From an uncultured Hyphomicrobiales bacterium (lineage in GTDB: Bacteria > Bacteroidota > Ignavibacteria > Kapaibacteriales > UBA2268), in contig CAZJAH010000009.1 of the NCBI GenBank assembly GCA_964544155.1, positions 14,551 to 78,550 of the forward strand: a stretch of DNA of 64,000 bases. The letters run 5' to 3'. The notes beneath the pieces were generated by a model, which was given only the letters and a program-made list of their open reading frames with translations, did not search any database and was not told the DNA's origin. A program made the position numbers and the translations under genes. Shown here in pieces: positions 36,820-47,434 of this stretch; positions within the stretch are counted from its first letter, which is position 1; the number at the start of each line of letters is the position of its first letter.

Positions 36820-37607
36820 GGCAGCGCCTCAGCTTTTCGTTTGTATGCTTCAGAATGTTTGAGGAATACCTTTCCTAAAGGCCGGGAAAGTGTATTATAC
36901 GGCTCAAGCCTTTCAGGATGCCATTGCACGGCAATCATAAACGGCCTGCTGTAAGGATCTTCCCATTCAAATGCTTCTATCAGGCCGTCAGGCGAAAAGG
37001 CCGTAGCAATAAGCCCCGGGGCCAGTTTATCTACTGCCTGGTGGTGGTTGCTGTTTACCATGCCGCTATCCGTCAGGGTTATTTCATTCAGCATAGTGCC
37101 TTTTTTAATTACTACCGTATGTTCTTCCCTGTGGCCGATTTCCCCCTCAACCTCGGTAGGTATATCCACAATCAGGCTGCCCCCCAGCGCAACATTCAGT
37201 ATCTGCTCGCCGCGGCATATGGCCATAATAGGCAGGCCCATATCCAGAGCTTTGCTTATGAGCGCGAATTCCAGAGTATCACGCCTTAGATCAATTTCGC
37301 ACAAGGCTGTATCTCCAGCTCTCCCGAAGCGCGCGGGGTGCACGTCAGGCCCTCCCGAGAGTAGAAGCCCATGGGCATCGTCCATATGGGCCATTGCTTT
37401 ATCAAAGCTGATATTATAAGCGTCAATGCAGACAGCATTGGGATTAATTGATTTTATCCATTTTTCGTACATTTCGTAATGCTCCGAACCGCTGCCCTTT
37501 GATATAATAATTTTAACTTCCGGCTGGTCCTGACAGGATACCAAAAGCCCTAATAAGGCTGCAATTATATATAAGCAAACATTACGATTTTTTGCTATCT
37601 TTTTCAT
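36816..37607 (-). CDS. Class-I glutamine-amidotransferase-like / gamma-glutamyl hydrolase (peptidase C26, PuuD-like) with a lipoprotein signal
   Basis: Motifs are the AICRGEQILNV nucleophile elbow, NSNHHQAV and AVQWHPE. The N-terminus is MKKIAKNRNVCLYIIAALLGLLVSC. Confidence 0.85.
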   Translation of the reverse strand: MKKIAKNRNVCLYIIAALLGLLVSCQDQPEVKIIISKGSGSEHYEMYEKWIKSINPNAVCIDAYNISFDKAMAHMDDAHGLLLSGGPDVHPARFGRAGDTALCEIDLRRDTLEFALISKALDMGLPIMAICRGEQILNVALGGSLIVDIPTEVEGEIGHREEHTVVIKKGTMLNEITLTDSGMVNSNHHQAVDKLAPGLIATAFSPDGLIEAFEWEDPYSRPFMIAVQWHPERLEPYNTLSRPLGKVFLKHSEAYKRKAEALP

Positions 37608-38631
37608 TTCTTTCTATGTCATACAGTGATTTAAGTTTTGAAAAATAAGCGTTCCTGCCTTCAATTATCCTTAGAGTTATCGGGAATACATAGCAATGGA
37701 TTCCGGCATTGGCAAACATATCGCTCAGATTGATCAGTTTGGCGGCATCCTTTTCAGTAGTGGCTATGTAATCGCTTCCTTCATCCCGGCAGGTTTGTAT
37801 TATTTTCTCAACGTCCTTTTCATTATAATAGTGATGATCAGGATAATCAAGGGATTGCTTAACACTGTATTTTTGCTTTTCAAGCATATTTCTGAAGCGC
37901 TCCGGCTTTGCAATGCCTGCAACGCAGACTATTCCGCTGAGCATATCGCGGTATTCGTACCTGCCGGTCTGTTGCCTTGATTTAATATGATAGGGCCTTT
38001 CCTGCCAGGGAATTACCCTTATAGTAAGTTTTGTATCTTTCAGCGCGGCGATTTTTTCATTTGGCGTGATATTGCCTGTCAGGCATATGATGTCTGCTCT
38101 GCCAATCGATTCGAGCGGCTCGCGAAGCCTACCTTTGGGGAGAAGGTCTGGGTTTTCGATAGTGTCGTTATCGATGAGCACAATGTCTATGTCGCGGTGA
38201 AGCCTTCTGTGCTGGAATCCGTCATCGATAATGACCGTATCGACATCGAATTTACTGGTTATGTTCTTTGCTGCTTCTGATTTGCTTTCATGTGCTATAA
38301 CGGGAATCCTGAGCGTATCGGCAAGCATGAACATCTCATCGCCGCCTTCCCTGGCGTCAGCCAAAATATTTTTTCCGTCGCAGAGAATAATCTCTCCTTT
38401 CGATTTTTTCTTATATCCTCTTCCGATTATTGCCGGCTTTCTTTTAATTTTCTGAAGGTCGCGTGCCAGCATCTGCACAAAAGGTGTTTTTCCCGTTCCT
38501 CCTACCGTTAAGTTTCCCACGCTTATAACCGGTATATCAATTTTTATTATCTCTTCTTTTTCTTTGTCATACCTTTGATTTCTTGTTTCAACAGCTTTCC
38601 CGAAAATCTTCGAGAACATACCTTTGATCAT
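37582..38631 (-). CDS. lpxK: Tetraacyldisaccharide 4'-kinase
   Basis: It has the motif VISVGNLTVGGTGKTP (P-loop), a length of about 350 aa, and a position downstream of lpxB. Confidence 0.9.
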   Translation of the reverse strand: MIKGMFSKIFGKAVETRNQRYDKEKEEIIKIDIPVISVGNLTVGGTGKTPFVQMLARDLQKIKRKPAIIGRGYKKKSKGEIILCDGKNILADAREGGDEMFMLADTLRIPVIAHESKSEAAKNITSKFDVDTVIIDDGFQHRRLHRDIDIVLIDNDTIENPDLLPKGRLREPLESIGRADIICLTGNITPNEKIAALKDTKLTIRVIPWQERPYHIKSRQQTGRYEYRDMLSGIVCVAGIAKPERFRNMLEKQKYSVKQSLDYPDHHYYNEKDVEKIIQTCRDEGSDYIATTEKDAAKLINLSDMFANAGIHCYVFPITLRIIEGRNAYFSKLKSLYDIERNEKDSKKS

Positions 38632-38654
38632 TGTTCCAAAACTCCGAAATGTAT

Positions 38655-39239
38655 CTAAAATTCATTTATAAAGGTAAGCCTTTTCTCTACTATTTCCAAT
38701 ACACGGCTTATTTCATCTCTGCTCAAAGTGTCATCTAATTTATCCGTAACTTCAAATTTAAGATATATTTTACTAAACGGACAGGGAAATTCAAAATTAT
38801 CCCAACTTTTATTAAATATTTTTTTTTGCCCAATTTTAATTCCGCAAAGAAATAACGGCACACCGGCTCTTTGCGCGGCCAGCAAGGCTCCTGGTTTCAT
38901 TTTATTTGCCGGGCCCCTGGGGCCGTCGGGGGTGACGAGCAGCATACTGTCTTTGCATGTTTCCACCATGTCCGCCAAAATATCCCCTTGCTTTCTGGAA
39001 GACGATCCCCTTATAAGTGAAAATCCCCAGTGCTTAAGCAGTGATGCCAGTACGGAACCGTCTTTGCTAAGGCTTACCAGAGCCGAGGGATTCTTTTTCC
39101 TGAAAAAATGCCAGCCGGGAAGCATTTTGCCGTGCCAGAAGGCAATTACGCAAGGGCTTTCAGGCATGGGGCCTTCCGTTTTGTAACGCCAGGTAGCCGC
39201 TATAACGCTGATTATTATATTAAAAAACTGCTGTTTCAA
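38655..39239 (-). CDS. DUF374-family protein (lysophospholipid acyltransferase-like)
   Basis: Motifs are FWHGKML, VSLSKDGSVLA, IRGSSSR and TPDGPRGP. The TTG start directly abuts the lpxB stop. Confidence 0.8.
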   Translation of the reverse strand: MKQQFFNIIISVIAATWRYKTEGPMPESPCVIAFWHGKMLPGWHFFRKKNPSALVSLSKDGSVLASLLKHWGFSLIRGSSSRKQGDILADMVETCKDSMLLVTPDGPRGPANKMKPGALLAAQRAGVPLFLCGIKIGQKKIFNKSWDNFEFPCPFSKIYLKFEVTDKLDDTLSRDEISRVLEIVEKRLTFINEF

Positions 39240-40355
39240 TTAAAGCCTTCCGCATTGGCTTAATATTATCCTTGCGGCTTTTTCCGAGCCGCCACCCTTC
39301 CCGAGTAAATTTCTGACTTTCATGAATATATCATAAATTTCCTTTTGTTTTTCTGAATCAATATAGATATTTTTTGTTAATGTAGCAATTTTTCGGGCTG
39401 AAGCATCCTTTTGTATTAGCTCATCGATAACGGCTTCATTCAATAATATGTTGATTATTGATAAGTAAGGCAGATTTACCAGCCTTTTGCCCATAAAATA
39501 AGTAAATGGCGATGCCTTATAGACCATAACAAAGGGCATTCCCGCAAGGCATGCTTCCAGGTTCGACGTACCGGTTTTAACAATTCCTGCCTTTGCTTTG
39601 TGCATAAGGTCTGATGATGAAGCATATAGAGTACAGTTTTTATTATTTTTTAAAAAATCCAGGTAAACGGATTCATCGGCGAGGCTGCTTTTGGCAAGGC
39701 CGAATTCCACGTCATGGATTTCCCTGCTAATGATAGAGCAGGATTCTTCAAATAGCGGCAGGTGCCTTTCTATTTCCTGCTGTCTGCTTCCGGGAAGCAG
39801 AGCTATTAAGTTTTCCCTGTCCTCCGGTGAGCGCGGCATTTCCTCGAAAGCGCTTATATCAAGCAGGGGATGGCCGGTGAATTCTGCATCCAGGCCGAAT
39901 TTACCAAAATATTCCTCTTCAAAGGGGAATACTACCAGCAGTTTATCCACGCTTCCTTTGAGCTTTTTTGCTCTGCCGCTGCCCCATGCCCATAACTGCG
40001 GCGCGATATAGTAAATTACTTTTGTTCCTGCAGATTTCGCGAAATAAGCCAGATTCATATTAAATCCCGGATAATCGACAGGGATATAAACATCGGGCTT
40101 TTCATTTTTAATGAGTTCTTTTGCCCGGTTCAAAACCTCTCGGAAAAATCTGTACCTTTTGACAACCTCCCAGAAACCAACCACGGACATTTCCTTCATA
40201 GGTACTATTGATTCCAGGCCTTCGGCACTCATTCGTTCGCCCCCGATACCGATAAAACGGGTATCAGGCTCAATTTGCTTTATCTGCTTCATCAGATTTG
40301 CCGCGTGAAGGTCGCCCGAAGGCTCGCCGGCGGTTATCATTATTTTCAAAGGCAT
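39240..40355 (-). CDS. lpxB: Lipid-A-disaccharide synthase
   Basis: It has the N-terminal motif ITAGEPSGDLHAANLM, the motif YYIAPQLWAW and a length of 371 aa. Confidence 0.9.
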   Translation of the reverse strand: MPLKIMITAGEPSGDLHAANLMKQIKQIEPDTRFIGIGGERMSAEGLESIVPMKEMSVVGFWEVVKRYRFFREVLNRAKELIKNEKPDVYIPVDYPGFNMNLAYFAKSAGTKVIYYIAPQLWAWGSGRAKKLKGSVDKLLVVFPFEEEYFGKFGLDAEFTGHPLLDISAFEEMPRSPEDRENLIALLPGSRQQEIERHLPLFEESCSIISREIHDVEFGLAKSSLADESVYLDFLKNNKNCTLYASSSDLMHKAKAGIVKTGTSNLEACLAGMPFVMVYKASPFTYFMGKRLVNLPYLSIINILLNEAVIDELIQKDASARKIATLTKNIYIDSEKQKEIYDIFMKVRNLLGKGGGSEKAARIILSQCGRL

Positions 40356-40576
40356 AGTTTACCTTTCGGGGTCAGATCCGTTAATAATCTTTAAAGTTTG
40401 TTCAATTAATCAATAATAAGCTTTTATCTGAATAAACAATATTCCTGTAAGTCCAAAGATATGAATATGTCCTGAATTTGTGGAAAAAATATTAATAACT
40501 TTGCTAAGCTAATGGTGACAATTTTTTTAATTTGCTTTTAAATTATTTAGCTTCAGATAAAATTGGTGAAATATAA

Positions 40577-43500
40577 ATGGCTGATTTCGTACATCTTCAT
40601 AATCACACACACTATTCATTGCTCGATGCTCTTACAAAGCCCGAGGAACTGGTGAAAACCGCTAAAGCAAACGGCCATAAAGCTGTTGCGCTGACCGATC
40701 ACGGAGTAATGTTCGGAGTAATTGAATTTTATGAAGCGGCAAAGAAAGCCGGTATCAAGCCGCTGATTGGGGTAGAAGCGTATATGGCAAACGGCAGCCG
40801 ACATGACCGTTCTTCCATGAAATCCGATACCCGTAAGAAAAACTATTACCACGTTCTTTTGATAGCGAAAAATGAGACAGGCTACAAAAATCTGATTAAA
40901 TTAACTTCTGCAGCCTTTACTGAAGGTTTTTATTATAAGCCGAGGATAGACAAAGAACTGCTCGAGCGGTACCACAAAGGGCTGATCTGCACAAGCGGCT
41001 GCATGGGCGGGGTTGTAAGTACGCACCTTATCAATGATGATTACAATAAAGCTCTTGAAGAAGCTAAATTCTACAAAGAGCTTTTTGGCGATGATTTTTA
41101 TATAGAAATTCAGAATCATTTTATTCCCGGAGATGAAGTCATACTCAGGGCGGCCCCCAAAATTGCCTCGGAAATTGGTGCAAAACTTGTTGCCACAAAT
41201 GATATTCATTACCTGAAAAAAGATCATGCAGAAGCTCATAATGTACATCTGCATATTAACAGCAATATGGCGCCAAAAGCCGGTGAAGTTGACGTGAAGA
41301 AGCTCAGATACCGGACTCCTGAATTTTATTTTAAATCTACCGAAGAAATGGCTGAGCTTTTTAAAGATTATCCTGAAGCCATAAAAAATACGGTTGAAAT
41401 AGCTGATAAATGCGACCTGGAAATTGATTTGAACACTCTTCACATGCCCGATTTTCCCATACCGGAAACTTCAAAAGCAACTAATCTCGAAGAATACCTC
41501 GAAGAACTTGTTTATGAAGGCCTGGAAAGAAAATTCGATAGCATTACTGAAGAAATTGATAAAAGGGCCAAATACGAACTAGATATTATCAACACCATGG
41601 GATTCCCGGGGTATTTTCTTATAGTATGGGATTTTATCCGGGCAGCTAAGACATTAGATGTGCCTGTCGGCCCGGGCAGGGGTTCCGCCGCGGGAAGTAT
41701 TGTGGCATACGCCCTGGATATTACAAATGTCGATCCGCTGAAGTTCGACCTTCTTTTCGAAAGATTCCTCAATCCTGAAAGGGTATCCATGCCCGATATC
41801 GATATTGATTTCTGTGATACCAAGCGCGACAGGGTTATCAACTACGTAAAAGAGCAATACGGCAATGACGCCGTAGCGCAGATCATTACCTTCGGTAAGC
41901 TTTCAAGTAAGGCTGTACTGACCGATGTCGGCAGAGTGCTTGGTATAGAGCTGCCTCTGATAAAATCTATCACAAAGCTCATTCCTGTCACTCAGGGTAA
42001 AGTGATGAAATTAGAAGAAGCCGTTAAGCTTCCCGAAATAAAGGAAATAATTGATAATAACGGCTCAAAGCTTGCTGATCTTATCGAATACTCTCTCGTA
42101 CTTGAGGGTACCTACCGTTCCGCGGGTACACACGCCGCCGGTGTAGTGATCGCCCCGGGCGATATAACCAATTATGTTCCCTTATATCAGGCACCGAAAA
42201 CCAAAGGCCAGAGCGTTGAGGTTGCTACACAGTATAGTATGAGCTACCTTGAAAAAGCAGGACTTCTAAAAATGGATTTTCTCGGCCTAAAGACTCTTTC
42301 CATAATTGAAAACACCCTTGAAATGGTCAAAAGGAACCATGGCGAAGAAATAGATATTGACTCCATCTATTTAGAAGACCCTAAAACCTATGATGTACTT
42401 GGCAATGGCGATACGCTTGCTGTGTTCCAGTTTGAATCAGGGGGAATGCAGAAGTACCTGAAGCAGCTTAAACCGCAGAGCATTGACGAAATTGCTGCAA
42501 TGAACGCCCTTTACAGGCCCGGCCCGATGGATAACATACCGGAATTTATCGACAGGAAATTCGGCAACAAGCCCATTACTTATCTGCATCCCATTATGGA
42601 AAGCGCCCTTAAGACCACTTACGGCATTATAGTATATCAGGAACAGGTAATGAAGCTCGTGCAGGATATAGCGGGTTTTACACTAGGACAGGCAGATATA
42701 CTCAGGCGCGCTATGGGTAAGAAACTTGACCATATTATGGACAGCATGAAGCCAGATTTCATTCAAGGCGCCGCAGAAAAAAATATTGATAAAAAGCTCG
42801 CGCTTGAGATCTTTTCATTAATTGCAAAATTCGCCAAATACGGCTTTAATAAATCCCATGCCGTGGCTTATTCCTATGTAGCTTATCAGACCGCGTACCT
42901 GAAAGCGCATTATCCGGCGGAATTCATTGCCGCTAACATGACTTCGGAAATTAACGATAATGACAAGATAGTCCAGCTGATCGAAGAAGCCAATAAGTTC
43001 GGCATCGAAGTGCTGCCGCCCGATGTGAATAAATCATTCACCGCTTTTTCTGCACTGCCGGACGGGAAATCGATAGTATTCGGTTTTTCCGGGATAAAAA
43101 ATGTAGGTATACCAGCCGCGGAAAGTATAGTTCGGGAAAGGGACAACGGCCCTTATACCTCACTTTTTGACTTTGTATCCAGAGTGGATACAAGGCTTAT
43201 CAACAAAAGGTGCCTGGAAGCACTAATCTCCGTGGGCGCCTTTGATTCGCTCAAAGCCGGCCACAGAGTGCAGCTTCTTAATTCAATAGAGACCGCGCTC
43301 GATTACGCCCGTAAAATGAGCGATAACAGCAGCCTGGACATGGACAGCCTTTTCATGGGCGACACAATAGAAAGTACCGTTGTGGAACCTCAGCTTGCTG
43401 ATGTGGAGCCGGTGAGCGAGCGTGAAATGCTCGATATGGAAAAAGAATACGTTAACTACTATATATCCGGACACCCGCTGGACAGCTATGAAACCGAAAT

Positions 43501-44056
43501 GTCTATGCTGAAGCTAATCGAAACTGATACTGACCCGGCATCACTTGATCCTAAAAATGAATACTCCGTTTGCGGAGTAATTACAGGTATTAACCGTAGA
43601 CGCGACAGAAATGACAAGACTTATGCTTTTGTAACAATTGAAGATAAAAAAGGCCGGGCAGAGTGCATCCTTTGGTCAGATACTTTCGAAGAATTCGAGG
43701 AATACGTTAAGCCTGACGCGGTAGTCGTCTGTACCGGGAATCAGGATAAATCGGCAGAAAGCCTGAAGATAATCTGCAAAAAGCTTATCAGCCTGGAAAA
43801 AGCCGTACTGCCGATGGCAAGGGGATATGTTATTTGGATTGATATGTCTAATTCAGACTCCGGGCTGCTGGAAAAGCTAAAAGTTATGATGAACGGCACA
43901 GGCACTAAGATAGATATAGATTTCAATGTGTATGATAATGAAAAAGGAAAGAAAAGAAGGTACCATCTGCATGACGCTGCCATGAGCCTAAGCTTTGAAA
44001 TGACTAAAAAGCTCAAGGGTATATTCGGTACAAACAAGGTCAAATACATGGTTTAA
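40577..44056 (+). CDS. dnaE: DNA polymerase III alpha subunit
   Basis: It has the PHP domain motif FVHLHNHTHYSLLDA and the core motifs PGRGSAAGS, PDIDIDF and FNKSHA.AY. The length is 1159 aa. Confidence 0.95.
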   Translation: MADFVHLHNHTHYSLLDALTKPEELVKTAKANGHKAVALTDHGVMFGVIEFYEAAKKAGIKPLIGVEAYMANGSRHDRSSMKSDTRKKNYYHVLLIAKNETGYKNLIKLTSAAFTEGFYYKPRIDKELLERYHKGLICTSGCMGGVVSTHLINDDYNKALEEAKFYKELFGDDFYIEIQNHFIPGDEVILRAAPKIASEIGAKLVATNDIHYLKKDHAEAHNVHLHINSNMAPKAGEVDVKKLRYRTPEFYFKSTEEMAELFKDYPEAIKNTVEIADKCDLEIDLNTLHMPDFPIPETSKATNLEEYLEELVYEGLERKFDSITEEIDKRAKYELDIINTMGFPGYFLIVWDFIRAAKTLDVPVGPGRGSAAGSIVAYALDITNVDPLKFDLLFERFLNPERVSMPDIDIDFCDTKRDRVINYVKEQYGNDAVAQIITFGKLSSKAVLTDVGRVLGIELPLIKSITKLIPVTQGKVMKLEEAVKLPEIKEIIDNNGSKLADLIEYSLVLEGTYRSAGTHAAGVVIAPGDITNYVPLYQAPKTKGQSVEVATQYSMSYLEKAGLLKMDFLGLKTLSIIENTLEMVKRNHGEEIDIDSIYLEDPKTYDVLGNGDTLAVFQFESGGMQKYLKQLKPQSIDEIAAMNALYRPGPMDNIPEFIDRKFGNKPITYLHPIMESALKTTYGIIVYQEQVMKLVQDIAGFTLGQADILRRAMGKKLDHIMDSMKPDFIQGAAEKNIDKKLALEIFSLIAKFAKYGFNKSHAVAYSYVAYQTAYLKAHYPAEFIAANMTSEINDNDKIVQLIEEANKFGIEVLPPDVNKSFTAFSALPDGKSIVFGFSGIKNVGIPAAESIVRERDNGPYTSLFDFVSRVDTRLINKRCLEALISVGAFDSLKAGHRVQLLNSIETALDYARKMSDNSSLDMDSLFMGDTIESTVVEPQLADVEPVSEREMLDMEKEYVNYYISGHPLDSYETEMSMLKLIETDTDPASLDPKNEYSVCGVITGINRRRDRNDKTYAFVTIEDKKGRAECILWSDTFEEFEEYVKPDAVVVCTGNQDKSAESLKIICKKLISLEKAVLPMARGYVIWIDMSNSDSGLLEKLKVMMNGTGTKIDIDFNVYDNEKGKKRRYHLHDAAMSLSFEMTKKLKGIFGTNKVKYMV

Positions 44057-44145
44057 CACTGATTTTTTTTATTAATCGTATTAATGTATTAACTTCAGCC
44101 GATAGATCTTTTAAAAGGTTTTTATAAAAATCACAACAGAATGTT

Positions 44146-44331
44146 ATGTGGAAAAATATTATAGCAGCAGCTTTAGCCTTAATTGTAGCCGTAATTTTAT
44201 TGAGAGCGGTCTTCTTTTTTATGGGCGCGGCATTTGAGCTGATGTTTAAGCTCTTTATGCTAGTACCGCTTTTAATTGTAGCTTTGCCCATTTTTGTAAT
44301 TTTTAAAAAGAAACTATTTGACAGGAATTAA
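44146..44331 (+). CDS. Small (61 aa) two-helix membrane protein
   Basis: It has two hydrophobic segments and a basic C-terminus (KKKLFDRN). It sits between dnaE and the next gene with tight spacing. Confidence 0.5.
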   Translation: MWKNIIAAALALIVAVILLRAVFFFMGAAFELMFKLFMLVPLLIVALPIFVIFKKKLFDRN

Positions 44332-44342
44332 GCGGATAAACA

Positions 44343-45587
44343 ATGTTTAAAAAAAAAATCGCCTTAACTTTAATTATCATGGCTTTAGCGTCGCTTCCGG
44401 TGAAAGCGCAGGAAAGAGCGGATGACTTTACGATCGAACTTGCCAGGATGTTCAGCTCAGACCTATTCGAACTAAACGGTGTTCCATATCTTCAGCCTAT
44501 GGTTAAAGCCATTAACGCTACTTCGAACAGCAGGTTTTTTAATCAGGCATATGTCCCTGCCAAAGTAAATAAGCCATATTTCCGCGTTGGTGTTCATGCC
44601 ATGCTCGGTTTTACCCCAGAAGAAGATAAAACATATAAACCCGTAATGCCGTCTGAGGAATTTGATCCTGATGATCTTACAAGATTCGGATCTATAGGTA
44701 TTGACGGAATTAGCGTGAATGATACTGCCGGCCTGGTTAGATATTTCTTTCTAAACCTCATGCAAATGGGAGTTTACGGGGATTATGAAGGTACCATACC
44801 ACTACCTGAACAAGCCGCTACCGTTTTGGGCGATTATCCGGCACAGTTCATTATTCCTGACGGCGCGCTCGATACTCTGGCACAGAAACATCCGCTTTAT
44901 CAATTTCTCCCAGATGACATACGAGATTCTGTTAGTTCTATACTTAGCCAGTTCCCTTCTGTATTCGACCTGGCTCCCGGAGCTGATATCAGCACGATTT
45001 TCGTGGGAATACCTCAAATAGAAGTCGGCTCGTTTATGGGAACGGAGGCTTTGATAAGGTTTATTCCCCCGATTTACATGGGAAAGAATATAGGAGATTT
45101 CGCCTTTTGGGGAATAGGGCTTAAGCACAGTATATCACAATATTTTAATAAAAGGCACTTTGACCTCGCCGTACAGGGGGTTTACCAGGGGACGCATCTC
45201 GAAAATACAATTGGTGTAACAAATGCCGAATTGACTGCTGATGCAACAATTTTTAACTTCAATATACAAGCTTCTAAAGAATTTGAAAATATTCTCGATG
45301 TTTACACCGGCTTTTCTTATGATATGATTACCATTAATTCCAGCTATGTTTATACACTGCCAGTTACCGTGCAATGGGACCTCGGCCTTCTGGAACGAGG
45401 AAGCCACGTACCCACCCCCGGCTATCCGGGTGACCAGAACAAACAAAAAGCCGATATAGAAGTATCTGACTCGAGCCTCAGATGGGTTATAGGCCTGGCA
45501 AGAGATATAGGAGACTTCAGGGTGTTTGCTGATTTCAATCTCGGCAAGCTCAATGTTTTCAGCGGCGGCTTGGAATTTAAGTTTTAA
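44343..45587 (+). CDS. Putative outer-membrane protein
   Basis: The signal peptide is MFKKKIALTLIIMALASLPVKAQE. The C-terminus GGLEFKF has a terminal aromatic residue typical of beta-barrel OMPs. Confidence 0.6.
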   Translation: MFKKKIALTLIIMALASLPVKAQERADDFTIELARMFSSDLFELNGVPYLQPMVKAINATSNSRFFNQAYVPAKVNKPYFRVGVHAMLGFTPEEDKTYKPVMPSEEFDPDDLTRFGSIGIDGISVNDTAGLVRYFFLNLMQMGVYGDYEGTIPLPEQAATVLGDYPAQFIIPDGALDTLAQKHPLYQFLPDDIRDSVSSILSQFPSVFDLAPGADISTIFVGIPQIEVGSFMGTEALIRFIPPIYMGKNIGDFAFWGIGLKHSISQYFNKRHFDLAVQGVYQGTHLENTIGVTNAELTADATIFNFNIQASKEFENILDVYTGFSYDMITINSSYVYTLPVTVQWDLGLLERGSHVPTPGYPGDQNKQKADIEVSDSSLRWVIGLARDIGDFRVFADFNLGKLNVFSGGLEFKF

Positions 45588-45619
45588 AAAATTATTTAAA
45601 AAAAGAGAACAGGATAAAG

Positions 45620-46504
45620 ATGACAAAAATTATAGACGGGAAAATACTATCCACAGAAATTCTGGATGAATTGGCAGAAAAGGCTGTTAAGCTTAAAGAT
45701 GAGAAACATATCACTCCCGGCCTGGCGGTTCTTCTTATTGGTGATAATCCGGCATCAGAGATGTATGTAAAAAGTAAAATTAAGTCCTGTTCCAATTTAG
45801 GATACTATTCCATTACCGAAAGGCTCCCCGCCGATACCAGCGAAGAAAAAGTACTTGATTTTATCCATAACTGGAATAATAATCACCAGATACACGGTAT
45901 ACTCGTACAGCTGCCCCTCCCGGAACATATTAACGAGGATAAAGTGCTTTATGCCATAAATCCCGCCAAGGATGTTGACGGATTTCATCCTGTAAATCTC
46001 GGCAGGCTGCTTATAGGGATGCCGAGTTTCGCGCCGTGTACTCCCGCCGGGATAGTAGAAATGCTGAAACGATCGGATATTGAAACTTCAGGAAAGCACA
46101 CAGTTGTTGTCGGTAGGAGTAATATAGTCGGCAAACCGATTGCCAATATGATGTACCAGAAAAAAGAACACGCCAATTCGATCGTAACTATCTGCCATTC
46201 AGCCGCTAAGGACCTGAAATACTACACAAAGCAGGCGGATATACTCATTGCCGCCATAGGCAGAGCCCATCTTATCGGCCCTGATCACGTCAAGGAAGGC
46301 GCCGTAATAATAGATGTTGGCATCAACAGGGTAGAAGATAAATCACTCGAAAAGGGCTACCGCGTGGTCGGTGATGTTGATTATGATGCTGTTTTCGATA
46401 AAGTATCGGCCATAACGCCAGTACCGGGCGGAGTAGGCAGGATGACTATTGCTATGCTCATGTATAATACTTATGTTTCAGCATCCGGTGAATTTAAAGT
46501 CTGA
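45620..46504 (+). CDS. folD: Bifunctional methylenetetrahydrofolate dehydrogenase / methenyl-THF cyclohydrolase
   Basis: Motifs are PGLAVLLIGDNPAS..YV..K, HGILVQLPLP, TP.G and VVGRSNIVGKP. Confidence 0.95.
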   Translation: MTKIIDGKILSTEILDELAEKAVKLKDEKHITPGLAVLLIGDNPASEMYVKSKIKSCSNLGYYSITERLPADTSEEKVLDFIHNWNNNHQIHGILVQLPLPEHINEDKVLYAINPAKDVDGFHPVNLGRLLIGMPSFAPCTPAGIVEMLKRSDIETSGKHTVVVGRSNIVGKPIANMMYQKKEHANSIVTICHSAAKDLKYYTKQADILIAAIGRAHLIGPDHVKEGAVIIDVGINRVEDKSLEKGYRVVGDVDYDAVFDKVSAITPVPGGVGRMTIAMLMYNTYVSASGEFKV

Positions 46505-46506
46505 CC

Positions 46507-47256
46507 ATGGCCCTCAATTATAAAATTATTTTTGAAGATGACAGCATCGCGGTAATTGATAAGCCCGCGGGTTTGTTATCTATACCCGGAAGGTACGAGA
46601 GCGGCGGCGCGAACCTCAAATCACTCCTGCAGGATAAGTACGCCGAGATTTACACAGTCCACAGGTTAGACCGCGATACTTCCGGTATAATGGTGTTCGC
46701 CAAAACTGCCAAAGCGCATAAGTACTTGAATGATCAGTTTTTTAATAATGAAGTTGAGAAGTTTTATCATGCCGTGGTAAAGGGTATTATAAGCAGCGAT
46801 GAAATGGAAATAGATATACCCTTAAAGCCCGATCCCGCGATAAAAGGCGCTTCGGCTCCGTCGGCTCGCGGCAAGGAAAGCCTGACCATACTAAAAGTAC
46901 TGGAAAGATACAGAATAGCCACTCTCACCGAGTGCAGGCTTGTAACCGGCAGGCATCATCAGCTTAGAGTGCATGTGGCTGCGATTGGCCATCCACTGCT
47001 GGTGGATAAGCTCTATGGCGGGGAAGAAGCATTCTTTTTATCATCCATAAAGAAAAAATTCAATATCGGCCGCGAAAAAGAAGAAAGGCCTACTATTACA
47101 AGAATTTCCATGCATGCATATTCAATTGGCTTTAAGCATCCGGATTCGGGTGAGCTAATTAAATTTTCCGCACCCTACCCGAAAGATCTGGAGGTAATGG
47201 TTCAGCTTCTATCGAAATATGCTTCCATGCCGGATCATTTTTCTCCAGGTCCTTAA
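46507..47256 (+). CDS. RluA-family pseudouridine synthase
   Basis: Motifs are the catalytic HRLDRDTSGIMVFAK and GRHHQLRVH. The gene starts 2 nt after the folD stop. Confidence 0.9.
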   Translation: MALNYKIIFEDDSIAVIDKPAGLLSIPGRYESGGANLKSLLQDKYAEIYTVHRLDRDTSGIMVFAKTAKAHKYLNDQFFNNEVEKFYHAVVKGIISSDEMEIDIPLKPDPAIKGASAPSARGKESLTILKVLERYRIATLTECRLVTGRHHQLRVHVAAIGHPLLVDKLYGGEEAFFLSSIKKKFNIGREKEERPTITRISMHAYSIGFKHPDSGELIKFSAPYPKDLEVMVQLLSKYASMPDHFSPGP

Positions 47257-47434
47257 TTAATTAATACTTAAAATATTTACATAATTTTAACGGTTGTAAC
47301 TATAGGAGCAATAGAGTTGTCTTTATAAATGATTCGTTCCGGATTATTTTGCAAAATGTACCGGATTTGATTAATTTATAAATTCGAAAAAATCAGAATA
47401 TTAGTATTATTAATTTTTATCAGGGTAGAGTACC

